Shown here one piece after another: positions 37,396 through 47,169 of a DNA stretch of 64,000 bases (its first letter is position 1; every line of letters begins with the position of its first letter). Made by a program: the position numbers and the translations under genes. The stretch comes from an uncultured virus (IMG/VR IMGVR_UViG_3300025630_000012) (taxonomy: Duplodnaviria; Heunggongvirae; Uroviricota; Caudoviricetes): the IMG/VR virus record IMGVR_UViG_3300025630_000012, one strand, 5' to 3'. The notes beneath the pieces were generated by a model, which saw only the letters and a program-made list of their open reading frames with translations, searched no databases and was not told where the DNA came from.

Positions 37396-38210
37396 TGGAA
37401 GTAGAGGTATATGTAGGCAGTCAGCCCACGACTTTGGTTATCCCTATCGAAACCGCGCAGGAGCATAAAATAGGCATCCGCGTTAAGTCGGTAGAAAACC
37501 CCAACACACTTTACGTTGATAGATACAAGACAATCAACGGGAGAGTAGACATTGAGGTTGGAATGCCCATCGCGCCTGAAAAGGTAATTGTAGAGGTCTA
37601 CAATCAACCTATGGGCATGATAAGCATGAATGGGGGCTATCGTGTAGGGAAGATTATTCAGAAGCCTTTGCAGGATATGCCTCAGTGTATCAATTACTCA
37701 AATCCGAAAATTAAGTCAGCACTACCCTTTTTTACCAAATTCTCCGCGATTGCAGGATTTGCTGATGCGGGCGACAAAGTGTATTACGACAAAACTTTCG
37801 AATTTGTAATTGTCTACAAGGACTCTATTCCCGAAGCGATGGAGACGCCCGCTCGTATCCACGCGCAGAAGGGATTTATTGAAGTGAGTGCCGAATACTT
37901 CCGTCGCTACACCATACCGATGCGTATGGCAGTTTTGCTTCACGAATTTTCACACTTTTGGCTTAACCGAGATATAGATAGCGAAATAGAAGCCGATTTG
38001 AATGGTCTTGCGCTATACCTGTCGTTAGGATACCCTCGAATTTCTGCATTTAATTCTTTCGTAAAAGTATTTATGAATGCACCTACCGCGCAGAACCACG
38101 AGAGAATGGAAATAATAAAGAAATTTATTAGTAATTTTGATTCAGGCAATCCCCCGTCATTTGGGCAACCTTTGGCGGCCTTGACCCCACAATGTCAAAA
38201 TAAAGTTTGA
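37395..38210 (+). CDS. zincin metalloprotease, candidate virion maturation protease
   Basis: AVLLHEFSH followed by EIEAD (third ligand). Confidence 0.75.
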   Translation: MEVEVYVGSQPTTLVIPIETAQEHKIGIRVKSVENPNTLYVDRYKTINGRVDIEVGMPIAPEKVIVEVYNQPMGMISMNGGYRVGKIIQKPLQDMPQCINYSNPKIKSALPFFTKFSAIAGFADAGDKVYYDKTFEFVIVYKDSIPEAMETPARIHAQKGFIEVSAEYFRRYTIPMRMAVLLHEFSHFWLNRDIDSEIEADLNGLALYLSLGYPRISAFNSFVKVFMNAPTAQNHERMEIIKKFISNFDSGNPPSFGQPLAALTPQCQNKV

Positions 38211-39301
38211 TGTCTTTTAAGCACAATACAGGTGATTCTTTTCTACCCTCGGTAGACCCGTTTGGAGGTCGCGGTGAAAGTGGTGGTTTGAATCATGGAG
38301 GTCAGTACGATGTAGAGTACATCGTTGAGAACTTAAACAAGGGAACACGCACACCCAATGCTACGGCACGTCCGACTGCAAATCGCGCAGTAAGAAGAAA
38401 GAGCGCGAAGGCGGGTCAGCGTCCCTTTATGAGAAGTACGCCTCCTGTGGCTACCCCCAAGCCGACGAAGCAAGAAATTGCCCGTATGAAGTCCGCTACG
38501 GGCGTTGATGACGTTAGCGTTGATAACGAGGATTTCGTCAATGTTTCGGGCGCGAAAAAGAAAGAGATTGAACGCGGATTAGCGGACTACACTTGTTGGA
38601 GAGTTTGGGATGGCGGTGGTCAGAATTGCGCCTCACACGCACGATGGGAATTGCAACAAGGACGTTGCAACTCGCCCGTAGTTTCAGTAGCCAAGCAACG
38701 CCTTGAAGCCTGTACGCGAGCGCAGGGGAATCCCGATGACGTAGCCAAGTGTACGAAAGGGCGTGTGAACTACCAAGACAATGCTTTTTCTGACAAGAAA
38801 GGTAGGCGCGAGCACGTTCAAGGAACTGCAAAAAATTGGTTGGCAGACCTTGAAAGTGAGGTCGATGCTTGTTTGTTAAAACAACAAATGGGTGGAAATG
38901 GCGGTGGAAATACCATCTATGGTTGCATGGATGAGGATGCCTTAAACTACGACCCTACCGCAACCTTCAATCGTGGTTGTGAATATGCCGACGAAAGCGA
39001 TGACGTGGATGGCGGTTTCGACGACAATAGTTCTAACATGAACGCCAAATTGGATGAACTTTTTGAGCGATTGGGTAGCCTTGAATTTGGCAACGCTCCA
39101 TCGGGCGGTGGTGTCCCAACGCCTTCTGATAGCTATGCTTATGACTACGACTATGCACAATCGTCGGTTGGAGGTTCAAGCATGAATCCCCTTCTCATTG
39201 GTGGAATTGTCTTGGTTGTGGGGTTGGCTATTTTTATGATTAACCAACCAAAAAAGGTAGCTATGCCACAAGTTGCCCCAAGAGTTGCTCCAACTGCATA
39301 A
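38210..39301 (+). CDS. C-terminally anchored Cys-containing protein
   Basis: MKSATG, FVNVSG, one GCMD..NY..C repeat, TM. Confidence 0.75.
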   Translation: MSFKHNTGDSFLPSVDPFGGRGESGGLNHGGQYDVEYIVENLNKGTRTPNATARPTANRAVRRKSAKAGQRPFMRSTPPVATPKPTKQEIARMKSATGVDDVSVDNEDFVNVSGAKKKEIERGLADYTCWRVWDGGGQNCASHARWELQQGRCNSPVVSVAKQRLEACTRAQGNPDDVAKCTKGRVNYQDNAFSDKKGRREHVQGTAKNWLADLESEVDACLLKQQMGGNGGGNTIYGCMDEDALNYDPTATFNRGCEYADESDDVDGGFDDNSSNMNAKLDELFERLGSLEFGNAPSGGGVPTPSDSYAYDYDYAQSSVGGSSMNPLLIGGIVLVVGLAIFMINQPKKVAMPQVAPRVAPTA

Positions 39302-39302
39302 C

Positions 39303-39965
39303 ATGAGTTTTAACCAAACAATTGACCAAAGCGTATGGGATAGTTTGATGAGTCAAACGGCATCCCAAAAATCTTCGTCACAAACCAATAAGGTAAAGAA
39401 GTTTACGGGCGGAGACGCATACAAAAATGCAGACGGCAATTGGGTTAGAGCCAAATTCAAAGCCCCCATCCGCGATGCGGTAAAGGACATGATTGGTTTT
39501 TGGCAACACAAGGAAGGAAGCGTAAATTGCTCTGCCTTGGATGCCTCAATAAGCAAGGGAAATAGCCTTTTGAGCCTTCATTCATCAGACAAGAATGCTT
39601 TTAATCAAGCCGTGGAAGATGCTTGGACATCGCCCGTTAAAAGGGATGCCAAGATAACCAATCAAAGGGGCAAGTACGCGGCTCAAATGATGGAGCAGTA
39701 CACCGATGAACTCCAAAGAAAGCGGGACTCTCAATGTAGGGTTAGCGGAGATAAAGAGTTGGACTACGCCCAAAAGGATTTGGACTCTTCGTATGGGAAC
39801 TTGGGATATACCCCGCCTAACATGAACTATCAGCCGACACAGGCAGGTTTTGGTGGTGGAAACACCATGATATACTTAACCCTTGGGGCTATTGCCTTGG
39901 CGGGAATTATGATTATCAAAGCCCGCTCACCACAACCAACCCCTACAACTTACGTCAATGGCTAA
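39303..39965 (+). CDS. C-terminally anchored membrane protein
   Basis: VKKFTG, YKNADG, TM. Confidence 0.75.
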   Translation: MSFNQTIDQSVWDSLMSQTASQKSSSQTNKVKKFTGGDAYKNADGNWVRAKFKAPIRDAVKDMIGFWQHKEGSVNCSALDASISKGNSLLSLHSSDKNAFNQAVEDAWTSPVKRDAKITNQRGKYAAQMMEQYTDELQRKRDSQCRVSGDKELDYAQKDLDSSYGNLGYTPPNMNYQPTQAGFGGGNTMIYLTLGAIALAGIMIIKARSPQPTPTTYVNG

Positions 39966-40281
39966 TAGAGATATTTTTGGGTTCGCACCATCATCACATT
40001 CGGGATTCAAGAAGGCCACGGGTTCTAAATGCGATTGCATTTGCAAGGATGGCGTAAAGTACGAGAAGGCTTGCGATTGGGACGAGTGGGCGATGTGCGA
40101 TTGTTGTGTTGGTTTTTGTGCGGGTAAAGACACCGATGTCTTTTCAAGAGCCACGGGAGGCAGAAAATGCCGTTGCCACCCCAACTGCGACAACCTCGCT
40201 TACAACTCGCCCGAATGCGAAAAATGTTGTTACGACAACGAAACAAAAGGTTTCAAAAGTGCTTGTGGTTGCGGGGCATGA
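39958..40281 (+). CDS. Cys-rich small protein (16 Cys) segmented by repeated motifs
   Basis: FKKATG, FSRATG, FKSACG. Confidence 0.75.
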   Translation: MANRDIFGFAPSSHSGFKKATGSKCDCICKDGVKYEKACDWDEWAMCDCCVGFCAGKDTDVFSRATGGRKCRCHPNCDNLAYNSPECEKCCYDNETKGFKSACGCGA

Positions 40282-40415
40282 GTAAAGAACCAAAAATCAC
40301 ACGATGGCAACAGGCAAGGCGATACCTTGTCGATAGAAAACGAATCAATGAGATAAAGGTGAGCAGATTGAAATGGAATCTGCAAAAGATTTTAGACAAG
40401 AGCGGTGAGGGATAA
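40278..40415 (+). CDS. small basic protein
   Basis: ATGA coupling; terminator overlaps the stop. Confidence 0.5.
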   Translation: MSKEPKITRWQQARRYLVDRKRINEIKVSRLKWNLQKILDKSGEG

Positions 40416-40428
40416 CCCACCGCTTTTT
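40399..40428 (+). terminator. rho-independent terminator
   Basis: AGCGGTG/CACCGCT stem + T5. Confidence 0.7.
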
Positions 40429-40532
40429 GCATTGTAAAAAACGCGGAAACACTAAAAATTATTTCCGTATTTTTATTGGCAAATTTGGCATGAAGTATTT
40501 CAGCCGACGATTATCGAAACAACACAAATACA

Positions 40533-40757
40533 ATGGCAAAGAACAACGCAATTTTTGGCTTTAAGAGCGCGAGCGGAAGAGGCGGTTATAGAAACCAAAC
40601 AGGTGGCGGAGATTATTGGTACACCTTGGGAAGACAGGCGGCAGAGGCCGCGTTTGCACAAGGTGGCGTCAATGGTTTGTTGGCATTCCTCGCAGGTTTT
40701 AACGCATCTGATTATAGCTACGGAGGCGCAGGGGACTTATTGGACACCTTGAACTGA
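40533..40757 (+). CDS. small Gly/Ala-rich protein
   Basis: IFGFKSASG, YRNQTG; N-terminus resembles that of 39958. Confidence 0.72.
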   Translation: MAKNNAIFGFKSASGRGGYRNQTGGGDYWYTLGRQAAEAAFAQGGVNGLLAFLAGFNASDYSYGGAGDLLDTLN

Positions 40758-40805
40758 TATTAACGAGAAAAAAATCTCGTTTTATCACCTTTTCACCATT
40801 AAGCA

Positions 40806-41309
40806 ATGTCGCTCCTTTCAAACAACAAAACGCCAAGCTACTCCATAGCGCAACAACAATGCCTTGCTATACCCAATAGAGGTAGTCAGGCAAGTAAGTG
40901 GATGGCGTGGCATCAGAGTTTGAAGGCTTGCTTTGGTAGGTCAGGAGCGAATGCTTTGTGGATGGAGGCTTGGGATAGGTACGGAAGAGGCACATCAGTT
41001 TCTACAAGCACCCAACTTCTAACCTACATGAGAAGCCAAGGGGTTGACATCTCACAAGGAGCGGGAGAGTCGTTAAGTATCTTCGGTAGCGATGTAGCAA
41101 GTTTCTTCGGAGGCTATATCAACTTCTCCAAATACGTCGGAATGGCACTTGCGGGCGGTATCGCAATAGGCTTTTTGATGCTTCTCTACAACATCATTAT
41201 GAACCCTGCAAAGGCGAAACAAAGCCTCGGTGTCATCACCGAAGGGGCTATGATGGCAACGCCACAAGGTCGTGTCGCATCGGTTGCAACAAAATCCATA
41301 GGGCAATGA
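40806..41309 (+). CDS. membrane protein
   Basis: Trp-rich N-domain, TM near the C-terminus. Confidence 0.75.
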   Translation: MSLLSNNKTPSYSIAQQQCLAIPNRGSQASKWMAWHQSLKACFGRSGANALWMEAWDRYGRGTSVSTSTQLLTYMRSQGVDISQGAGESLSIFGSDVASFFGGYINFSKYVGMALAGGIAIGFLMLLYNIIMNPAKAKQSLGVITEGAMMATPQGRVASVATKSIGQ

Positions 41310-41722
41310 ACGAGAAAAGAGTAAGAGGAATCTTGATAGGCTCTGCCCTCGTGTTGGGTGGCGTTGCTATGTATGGCGTTCATCGCAAAAAGAAGTCCGC
41401 ATACATCGCAGTTCAAAACAAAATACGAGGTATAGCCGTTGGCACGGGAGTGGGGTACAACCCTGATTCTTCGACTTTTAACGCACAACAAATCTCCGAA
41501 GCACTTTATGATGCAGGAGAAGGAAGGTGGGGAACTGACGAGCAAGAAATTTTTGCAATTTTAGAGCGAATAGCAGATTCCCAAAATCCGCAAGGTGTAT
41601 GGATTCAGGTTGTCAACGCTTATCAATCGAAGTACAACAGACAACTTGTTGGCGATTTGAGAGATGAGATGTCAGGTAGCGATTTAACTAAACTAACCAC
41701 ATTATTAGCCCGATTGTCGTGA
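41306..41722 (+). CDS. N-anchored annexin-repeat protein
   Basis: ALYDAGEGRWGTDEQEIFAIL...YQSKYNRQLVGDLRDEMSG. Confidence 0.8.
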   Translation: MNEKRVRGILIGSALVLGGVAMYGVHRKKKSAYIAVQNKIRGIAVGTGVGYNPDSSTFNAQQISEALYDAGEGRWGTDEQEIFAILERIADSQNPQGVWIQVVNAYQSKYNRQLVGDLRDEMSGSDLTKLTTLLARLS

Positions 41723-42327
41723 AAGAAGATTTACCACTCATATTAGGAGGATTAGCGGTAGGAGCAGTCGTAGTATGGTATTTGACCAAGCCCGACTCTA
41801 CCAAGTCAAGACCTGTTCCCGAAGGGAGAGAAGAAGATTTGGGTTCAGGAGTTGTGGCATTAGGTGCGCCTACACAAGTCATTCAAGGTCAAGCAGGAAC
41901 TCAACCGAGCGTTCAAACCACAAATACGACGACAACGCAACAACCTGCATCCCCCCCTCCACCTTACGCCTTGGTAAATATCAACCCCGCATTCCAAGGC
42001 ACAACTGCCTACAACGATATGTTTGGCGGGTGTGACTTCCCTCTACTGCCCGATACGGAAAGTGTATGCGTGAAGCGTTTGCAAGATGCCTTTGATGTAA
42101 CCCAAACAGGGGTCTTTGATGAGCCTACGCAAGTGGCACTCGACCAATACATAGAAAAACTTCCCAATAGGACGGATGGGCACTTCGGGGGGTTCACACG
42201 AGAGGGGTGTATTGGATTTGACCCCATCTCGAATAAGACAACTAACGTCTGCGGACTTAACCACGACCAATACCTTGAAATTCTCTTCAAAATGGGGATT
42301 CCATTAACTGAAACTTACGATGCGTAA
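41719..42327 (+). CDS. N-anchored protein with a peptidoglycan-binding-like motif
   Basis: VKRLQDAFDVTQTGVFDEPTQVAL. Confidence 0.6.
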   Translation: MKEDLPLILGGLAVGAVVVWYLTKPDSTKSRPVPEGREEDLGSGVVALGAPTQVIQGQAGTQPSVQTTNTTTTQQPASPPPPYALVNINPAFQGTTAYNDMFGGCDFPLLPDTESVCVKRLQDAFDVTQTGVFDEPTQVALDQYIEKLPNRTDGHFGGFTREGCIGFDPISNKTTNVCGLNHDQYLEILFKMGIPLTETYDA

Positions 42328-42877
42328 AGAGTACAAAAATTTTATGGGAGACCGCTCCTCTATGTCCGTGGACTTGGACTTGGAGAGAACGGATGATTTT
42401 GTGAACCAAGTCGCGTATAACCCTGATGGTTTATTTGACTTTTTGGATGATGAAGACATCAAAATTACCCCATTAGGCACAAGCAATGGCGTTTTAGATA
42501 GTGACGGAGATGGTATTCCCGATATGATTGACATTGACGCGGGTAGTGGTACAGGAAAGCCCACAACGACTCCTTCTGCACCTGCACCGCGAGCCAATAA
42601 AGGCCAAGGTCTTGGCACGTTTGCTTCGGGATTGGCAAAAGGCTTGGGTCTCATCAATAGGGGCGCAACGCCACCACCACCCGTAGGCGATAGTCAGCCC
42701 GTCACCGACACCGCAGGATTCACAAACGAAGGCAGAAATATGGTTATACCATTGTTGGTTGGCGGTATTGCCGTTTTGGTTGTGTTTTTAGCCATAAGTG
42801 GCATGAAAAAATCAGGCGGTTCACCGCAGGTGTCTGTCTCCACTCCTTCACCCTCAAATAGCAACCCTAACGCATGA
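42320..42877 (+). CDS. C-anchored membrane protein with a Ca-binding-like loop
   Basis: YKNFMG; DSDGDGIPDMID; TM. Confidence 0.72.
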   Translation: MRKEYKNFMGDRSSMSVDLDLERTDDFVNQVAYNPDGLFDFLDDEDIKITPLGTSNGVLDSDGDGIPDMIDIDAGSGTGKPTTTPSAPAPRANKGQGLGTFASGLAKGLGLINRGATPPPPVGDSQPVTDTAGFTNEGRNMVIPLLVGGIAVLVVFLAISGMKKSGGSPQVSVSTPSPSNSNPNA

Positions 42878-43386
42878 ACAGAGCGCAGATATTCGCTCTT
42901 GTAGCCCTCGTTGGATTGTCAATAGGGCTATACTCGTATGTCCAAAAGCAAACAAAGCGTTTGTACATGATGGACTACGAATTTGAAAATGTTAGAGTTG
43001 CGGGAATAGGCAAAGAAGCCGTGACACTATCATTTGAGTTGGTTCTTGAAAACACAAGTGACCTCGATGTCAAAATTTACAATGTGGATTTCAAGGTATT
43101 ATGGAACAATACGCAGGTGGGTAAGGTCAATTCTCGCCAAGCCTACATTGTCCCAAAGCGCAGTACAAAGGTCGTCCCGCTTACGCTTACACTCTCTCGA
43201 AATGAGATGAATGAGGCGATTCGTGATGCCTTTTCGAGTTTACAGAGTTTCGTTAGTGGAGTAATCAAAATTCAGGGGTCGATGGATGTCGGTGCTGATG
43301 TCATTAAAATCAGCAATTTTCCCTTTGATTACGAAGTGCCCGCTTCTAATTTAGTCGGAAATTCAATTCAATCCGTAATTCAGTAA
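42874..43386 (+). CDS. LEA_2/WHy-domain membrane protein
   Basis: N-terminal TM; LVLENTSDLDVKI..VDFKVLWN..VG. Confidence 0.75.
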   Translation: MNRAQIFALVALVGLSIGLYSYVQKQTKRLYMMDYEFENVRVAGIGKEAVTLSFELVLENTSDLDVKIYNVDFKVLWNNTQVGKVNSRQAYIVPKRSTKVVPLTLTLSRNEMNEAIRDAFSSLQSFVSGVIKIQGSMDVGADVIKISNFPFDYEVPASNLVGNSIQSVIQ

Positions 43387-43389
43387 GCT

Positions 43390-43803
43390 ATGAACGAAAT
43401 CGTTAAGAACATCGCAATGAGCGAAACCAAGTCGGTCTTCAAAAAGGCACTCGTAAATTTTGCCGACAAGAATGAAATCGACTGCAAAAGCAATCAGCTT
43501 TTAATCCGCTCCAACAAAGAGGGTGAACCATACTACACTTACTGCATTGACTTTGCAGAAAAAAAGCGTATAACCTTCAACGAAGTTCTTGGTGTAAAGG
43601 TCGATTTCAAAAATCGTGAGGCTATCGCAAGCCCATTTATCACAAAGACGATTTCACGTTTGAGCGAAGAGCACAAGTGCGAAAATGACGATGTGAAAAT
43701 CTATGCTTGCACATTTGACGAAAAAGCAAAGGACGTTTTTCTCTTCGGATATATTAAAAATCAAAAAATCGGACAAATAAGTTTCGATTGGTTATTCAGC
43801 TAA
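43390..43803 (+). CDS. hypothetical protein
   Basis: 137-aa ORF. Confidence 0.75.
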   Translation: MNEIVKNIAMSETKSVFKKALVNFADKNEIDCKSNQLLIRSNKEGEPYYTYCIDFAEKKRITFNEVLGVKVDFKNREAIASPFITKTISRLSEEHKCENDDVKIYACTFDEKAKDVFLFGYIKNQKIGQISFDWLFS

Positions 43804-43807
43804 AAAC

Positions 43808-44107
43808 ATGGCGATAGAAATTTTAGGCAACGAGATTTTCACCCAAACACTCACGGGTAGTGGCGGGTCAGAGGTTCTTTCCATCACGGAAGCCGATGGC
43901 GTGGGTATCATAAGTGTGCTTTGTACGAGTGCTACGTCAGGTACAATTTTGGGGAATGCAACAATTGACGGCAAAGCCTCCGAAGCAATTTCTGTCGCAC
44001 AAAACAATTCAATCACAATTTCAGCAACTTCGGGCAAGACACTCGGTACTTTGACCATCACCGCGCCCGATGGTTGTACACTTTTGGTCGTAGCAAATCA
44101 GGGATAA
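43808..44107 (+). CDS. small all-beta protein (penton/vertex candidate)
   Basis: 99 aa, T/S/I/G-rich beta-strand pattern; role inferred. Confidence 0.5.
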   Translation: MAIEILGNEIFTQTLTGSGGSEVLSITEADGVGIISVLCTSATSGTILGNATIDGKASEAISVAQNNSITISATSGKTLGTLTITAPDGCTLLVVANQG

Positions 44108-44436
44108 TGACAAAACAAGCATTGAGAAGCAACTTAATTGGCGTGGTAGCGGTATCGCTATCCTTTGCCCTTGGCATCACGCTATATCAAGCCTTTTTGG
44201 TGGCTGACTTGGCTGATTTAGAGGACTCGACGGAAAGAAAAAGCGCACCCAAGCCCACCCCCAAGCCCGCACCTAAATTTTCGGGAGGTAGCACCCCCGC
44301 ACCAAAGCGTCGTAGCGCGATGAAAGAGTTTAGCGGTCATGGGCAAGCAGTTTCAGACAACGTACCCGACAACGAAAAAGTTAATTCTAACAAGCAACTT
44401 ATCCAAAAGGCGAAATCGTCTGAAATGCTCACTTGA
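44107..44436 (+). CDS. N-anchored membrane protein
   Basis: TM, PKP repeats, MKEFSG. Confidence 0.72.
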   Translation: MTKQALRSNLIGVVAVSLSFALGITLYQAFLVADLADLEDSTERKSAPKPTPKPAPKFSGGSTPAPKRRSAMKEFSGHGQAVSDNVPDNEKVNSNKQLIQKAKSSEMLT

Positions 44437-44438
44437 TT

Positions 44439-47165
44439 ATGAAGGGAAAAAATAAAAAGATTTTAATAGCAACAATCGCGGCTTTGGCTTCGGGGGGCAT
44501 TCTTTATGCCGTTCGTAAAAAGCAATCTGATGGGGAAGATAAATCCCTTGATGGAGATGAGCCGATTGTTCCGCCAATTCCGACTTCTATTTATGACGGA
44601 GAGCCTGTTGATGACGACTTTGGTGGCGGTGGCGTAGGTGATGACGAGGTTGTTGATGACGACTTTGGTGGAGGCGGAGGTGGTGGTAGTATCAATGCAG
44701 TTTTATGCCGTGGATTGGATGAGAATGGAGCGGAGATAGCTGATTTAGTCAATCAAGGCGAAGAGTGTCCTGCCAATACGCCATTTGGCCCTGACGACGA
44801 CATTGCATTCGACGATTACGTGTATGACGCATATCGGTGCTTTGATGTTGACGAAAATAATCAGATTGTCGAAGTAGAAAAAGAATTTACGGAGGTATGC
44901 GGGGTTGATTATCCCGACCACCCATTTAATACATTAAGCGACGCTCTTCTTTATGCAGAAAATCCCTCGGAATTTGAGGGTTGTACGGATGAAACGGCAT
45001 CGAATTATGATTCAGAGGCATTGTTTGACGATGGTTCTTGCGAATATGAAGCAGAACCCGTTTTGGGTTGTACAAACCCCGATGCTCTCAACTATGACGA
45101 CACGGCAACCGAAGATGACGGCACGTGTGAGTTTGATGAAGAGGTGGTAGCGGGTTGCATGAATCCTGATGCTCAAAACTATAACGACCAAGCAACAACG
45201 GACGATGGTACTTGCATTTTTGATGTTACGTGCTTCTATCTTGCAGATGGTGGCGAAGTATTAGAGCAAAATTTTGAATTACAGGCAGGGGAAACCTGTT
45301 GGGAAAGCGTAGATGCGTATATGTCTCCATCGCTCCCGACATTGCGCCTTGGTTACTTCGATACTTTCGAGTCAGCAGAGGCTTACGCCCAAGGAGTCAG
45401 CAGTTGGGATGATGATGTTGTCGTATGCTTGATGGTTGATGAAACGCTCCCATATCCCGAAAGCATCTATGAGGAGACGTTACCTGACCCCGAAACACAA
45501 TCGTGTGTTGATATTGGGGGTTTTGACCCTAACGCAACATCGGATGAGGCTATGGAGTTGGTTGCTACTCAAATGCACAATGAATGGCTTGCGAGCCAAG
45601 AGGTATTGGGATGCACCGACGAAACGGCCACGAACTTTATGCCCGATGCTACGGCAGATGACGGGTCATGTCAATACGCACCTACTACGCAGAATTGTAC
45701 TTGGCATGATGCACAATGCAATCCCGTAAGTGTTCCTAACCTACCTGTTGAAGTAGATGGCGTTGCAGTTACCTGCACGGATTTGGGATATGTTGAATTT
45801 GGCGATGAGCAAACCGCTATCGACTTCTGCGAGGCAAACGTAGCCTTGGCTACGATGTCTTGCTACTCTTATGATAGCGATGGCGTATTTATTTTAGAAG
45901 ATATAGATGCTATTGACCTTAATACAGGTGAGGCAAAGACCTGTACATCTTTGGGGTATTTCGAAATGAACCCTTCGGGTCTTGCTGATGCCACCTCCGC
46001 CTATCAAGCAGAGTTTGCTGATAGCAAGGTTGGATGTACTGACCCAAGCGCAACAAACTATGACCCAACCGCAATTACGGATGACGGCAGTTGTATCCTT
46101 CCCGAAGTGCCTATGCCAAGCGGAATCATTGATGCTGAATACGTCACAACAAATTGGTTTAATGACTGCGCTCAAACCGATGCAACGACTACCGATATTC
46201 TAACTCTACCTATACAATCAGGAGAGTGGGGTAGTGGTTTCTTCATTTCTGATGTGAATAGTATCATCGGATACGAGTGTTACGACGCGCAAGGAGAGCC
46301 TACGGGTACACCACCTCCACTTGTTTACGGGTGTACCGACCCTGATGCCTTGAACTACGATGCTACGGCTAATCAGAATGACGGAACGTGTGAGTATCCT
46401 GTCGCAAATGTCGAGGGTTGTACTGACTCATTGGCAATAAACTACAACCCTGATGCGACCTTGGAAAATGGTGCGTGTGAATATGGCATTGAATTTACAA
46501 GTTCTACGCCCGCAGACCTTACGCAGTTGAGTACCTGTGGTTCAGTTTCCGTGAGCCTTGCAAATCAAATCAATACAAGTGATGGCTCAGTTGGAGCGGT
46601 GAACTATATTTTGGGTCAGGCTTGTTTCGACCCCGCCACAGGCAATAGCGTTTATTACACGCCACCCGCAGAGAATGAAATCACTACGGCTACTGATGCA
46701 CAAAACATTTTGCTTGCGTGTTACGGCGGGACATCATTTGAGCCAAGCGTGGTTTTTGAAATAAATGGATTATCATATCCAATAACTGCGGCTGAATTTA
46801 ATTCAACAATTGGTTGGAATTGTTTAGACCCTGACACAGGCGAGGTGGTTCAAGTTTTAACTGATGGCGGTGGCGATACTAATGCTCTTGCGAGAAACTC
46901 TGACAAGAGCCTTAATACGGGTGACTTTGACACCTCGGAGTTTGACAATGATATTTTAGGTAGTGCAGGTGAACCCCCATCTACGATGGTTGGTGACACT
47001 ACGACTACAACGGAATTAAGTAATCAAAAATCCTTAATTTCGTCTACTGAAAAAACCACAAAAAATTTTGGCGGTAATTCGTCAAGTACGGGCGGGTGTT
47101 TAGACCCCATAGCCCTGAACTTTGATGAAGGCGCAGAATTTGACAACGGGTCTTGCATCTACTGA
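44439..47165 (+). CDS. N-anchored acidic Cys-rich repeat protein
   Basis: 8 GCT/M/L-D/N..N(Y/F)...DG.C repeats. Confidence 0.85.
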   Translation: MKGKNKKILIATIAALASGGILYAVRKKQSDGEDKSLDGDEPIVPPIPTSIYDGEPVDDDFGGGGVGDDEVVDDDFGGGGGGGSINAVLCRGLDENGAEIADLVNQGEECPANTPFGPDDDIAFDDYVYDAYRCFDVDENNQIVEVEKEFTEVCGVDYPDHPFNTLSDALLYAENPSEFEGCTDETASNYDSEALFDDGSCEYEAEPVLGCTNPDALNYDDTATEDDGTCEFDEEVVAGCMNPDAQNYNDQATTDDGTCIFDVTCFYLADGGEVLEQNFELQAGETCWESVDAYMSPSLPTLRLGYFDTFESAEAYAQGVSSWDDDVVVCLMVDETLPYPESIYEETLPDPETQSCVDIGGFDPNATSDEAMELVATQMHNEWLASQEVLGCTDETATNFMPDATADDGSCQYAPTTQNCTWHDAQCNPVSVPNLPVEVDGVAVTCTDLGYVEFGDEQTAIDFCEANVALATMSCYSYDSDGVFILEDIDAIDLNTGEAKTCTSLGYFEMNPSGLADATSAYQAEFADSKVGCTDPSATNYDPTAITDDGSCILPEVPMPSGIIDAEYVTTNWFNDCAQTDATTTDILTLPIQSGEWGSGFFISDVNSIIGYECYDAQGEPTGTPPPLVYGCTDPDALNYDATANQNDGTCEYPVANVEGCTDSLAINYNPDATLENGACEYGIEFTSSTPADLTQLSTCGSVSVSLANQINTSDGSVGAVNYILGQACFDPATGNSVYYTPPAENEITTATDAQNILLACYGGTSFEPSVVFEINGLSYPITAAEFNSTIGWNCLDPDTGEVVQVLTDGGGDTNALARNSDKSLNTGDFDTSEFDNDILGSAGEPPSTMVGDTTTTTELSNQKSLISSTEKTTKNFGGNSSSTGGCLDPIALNFDEGAEFDNGSCIY

Positions 47166-47169
47166 TACA

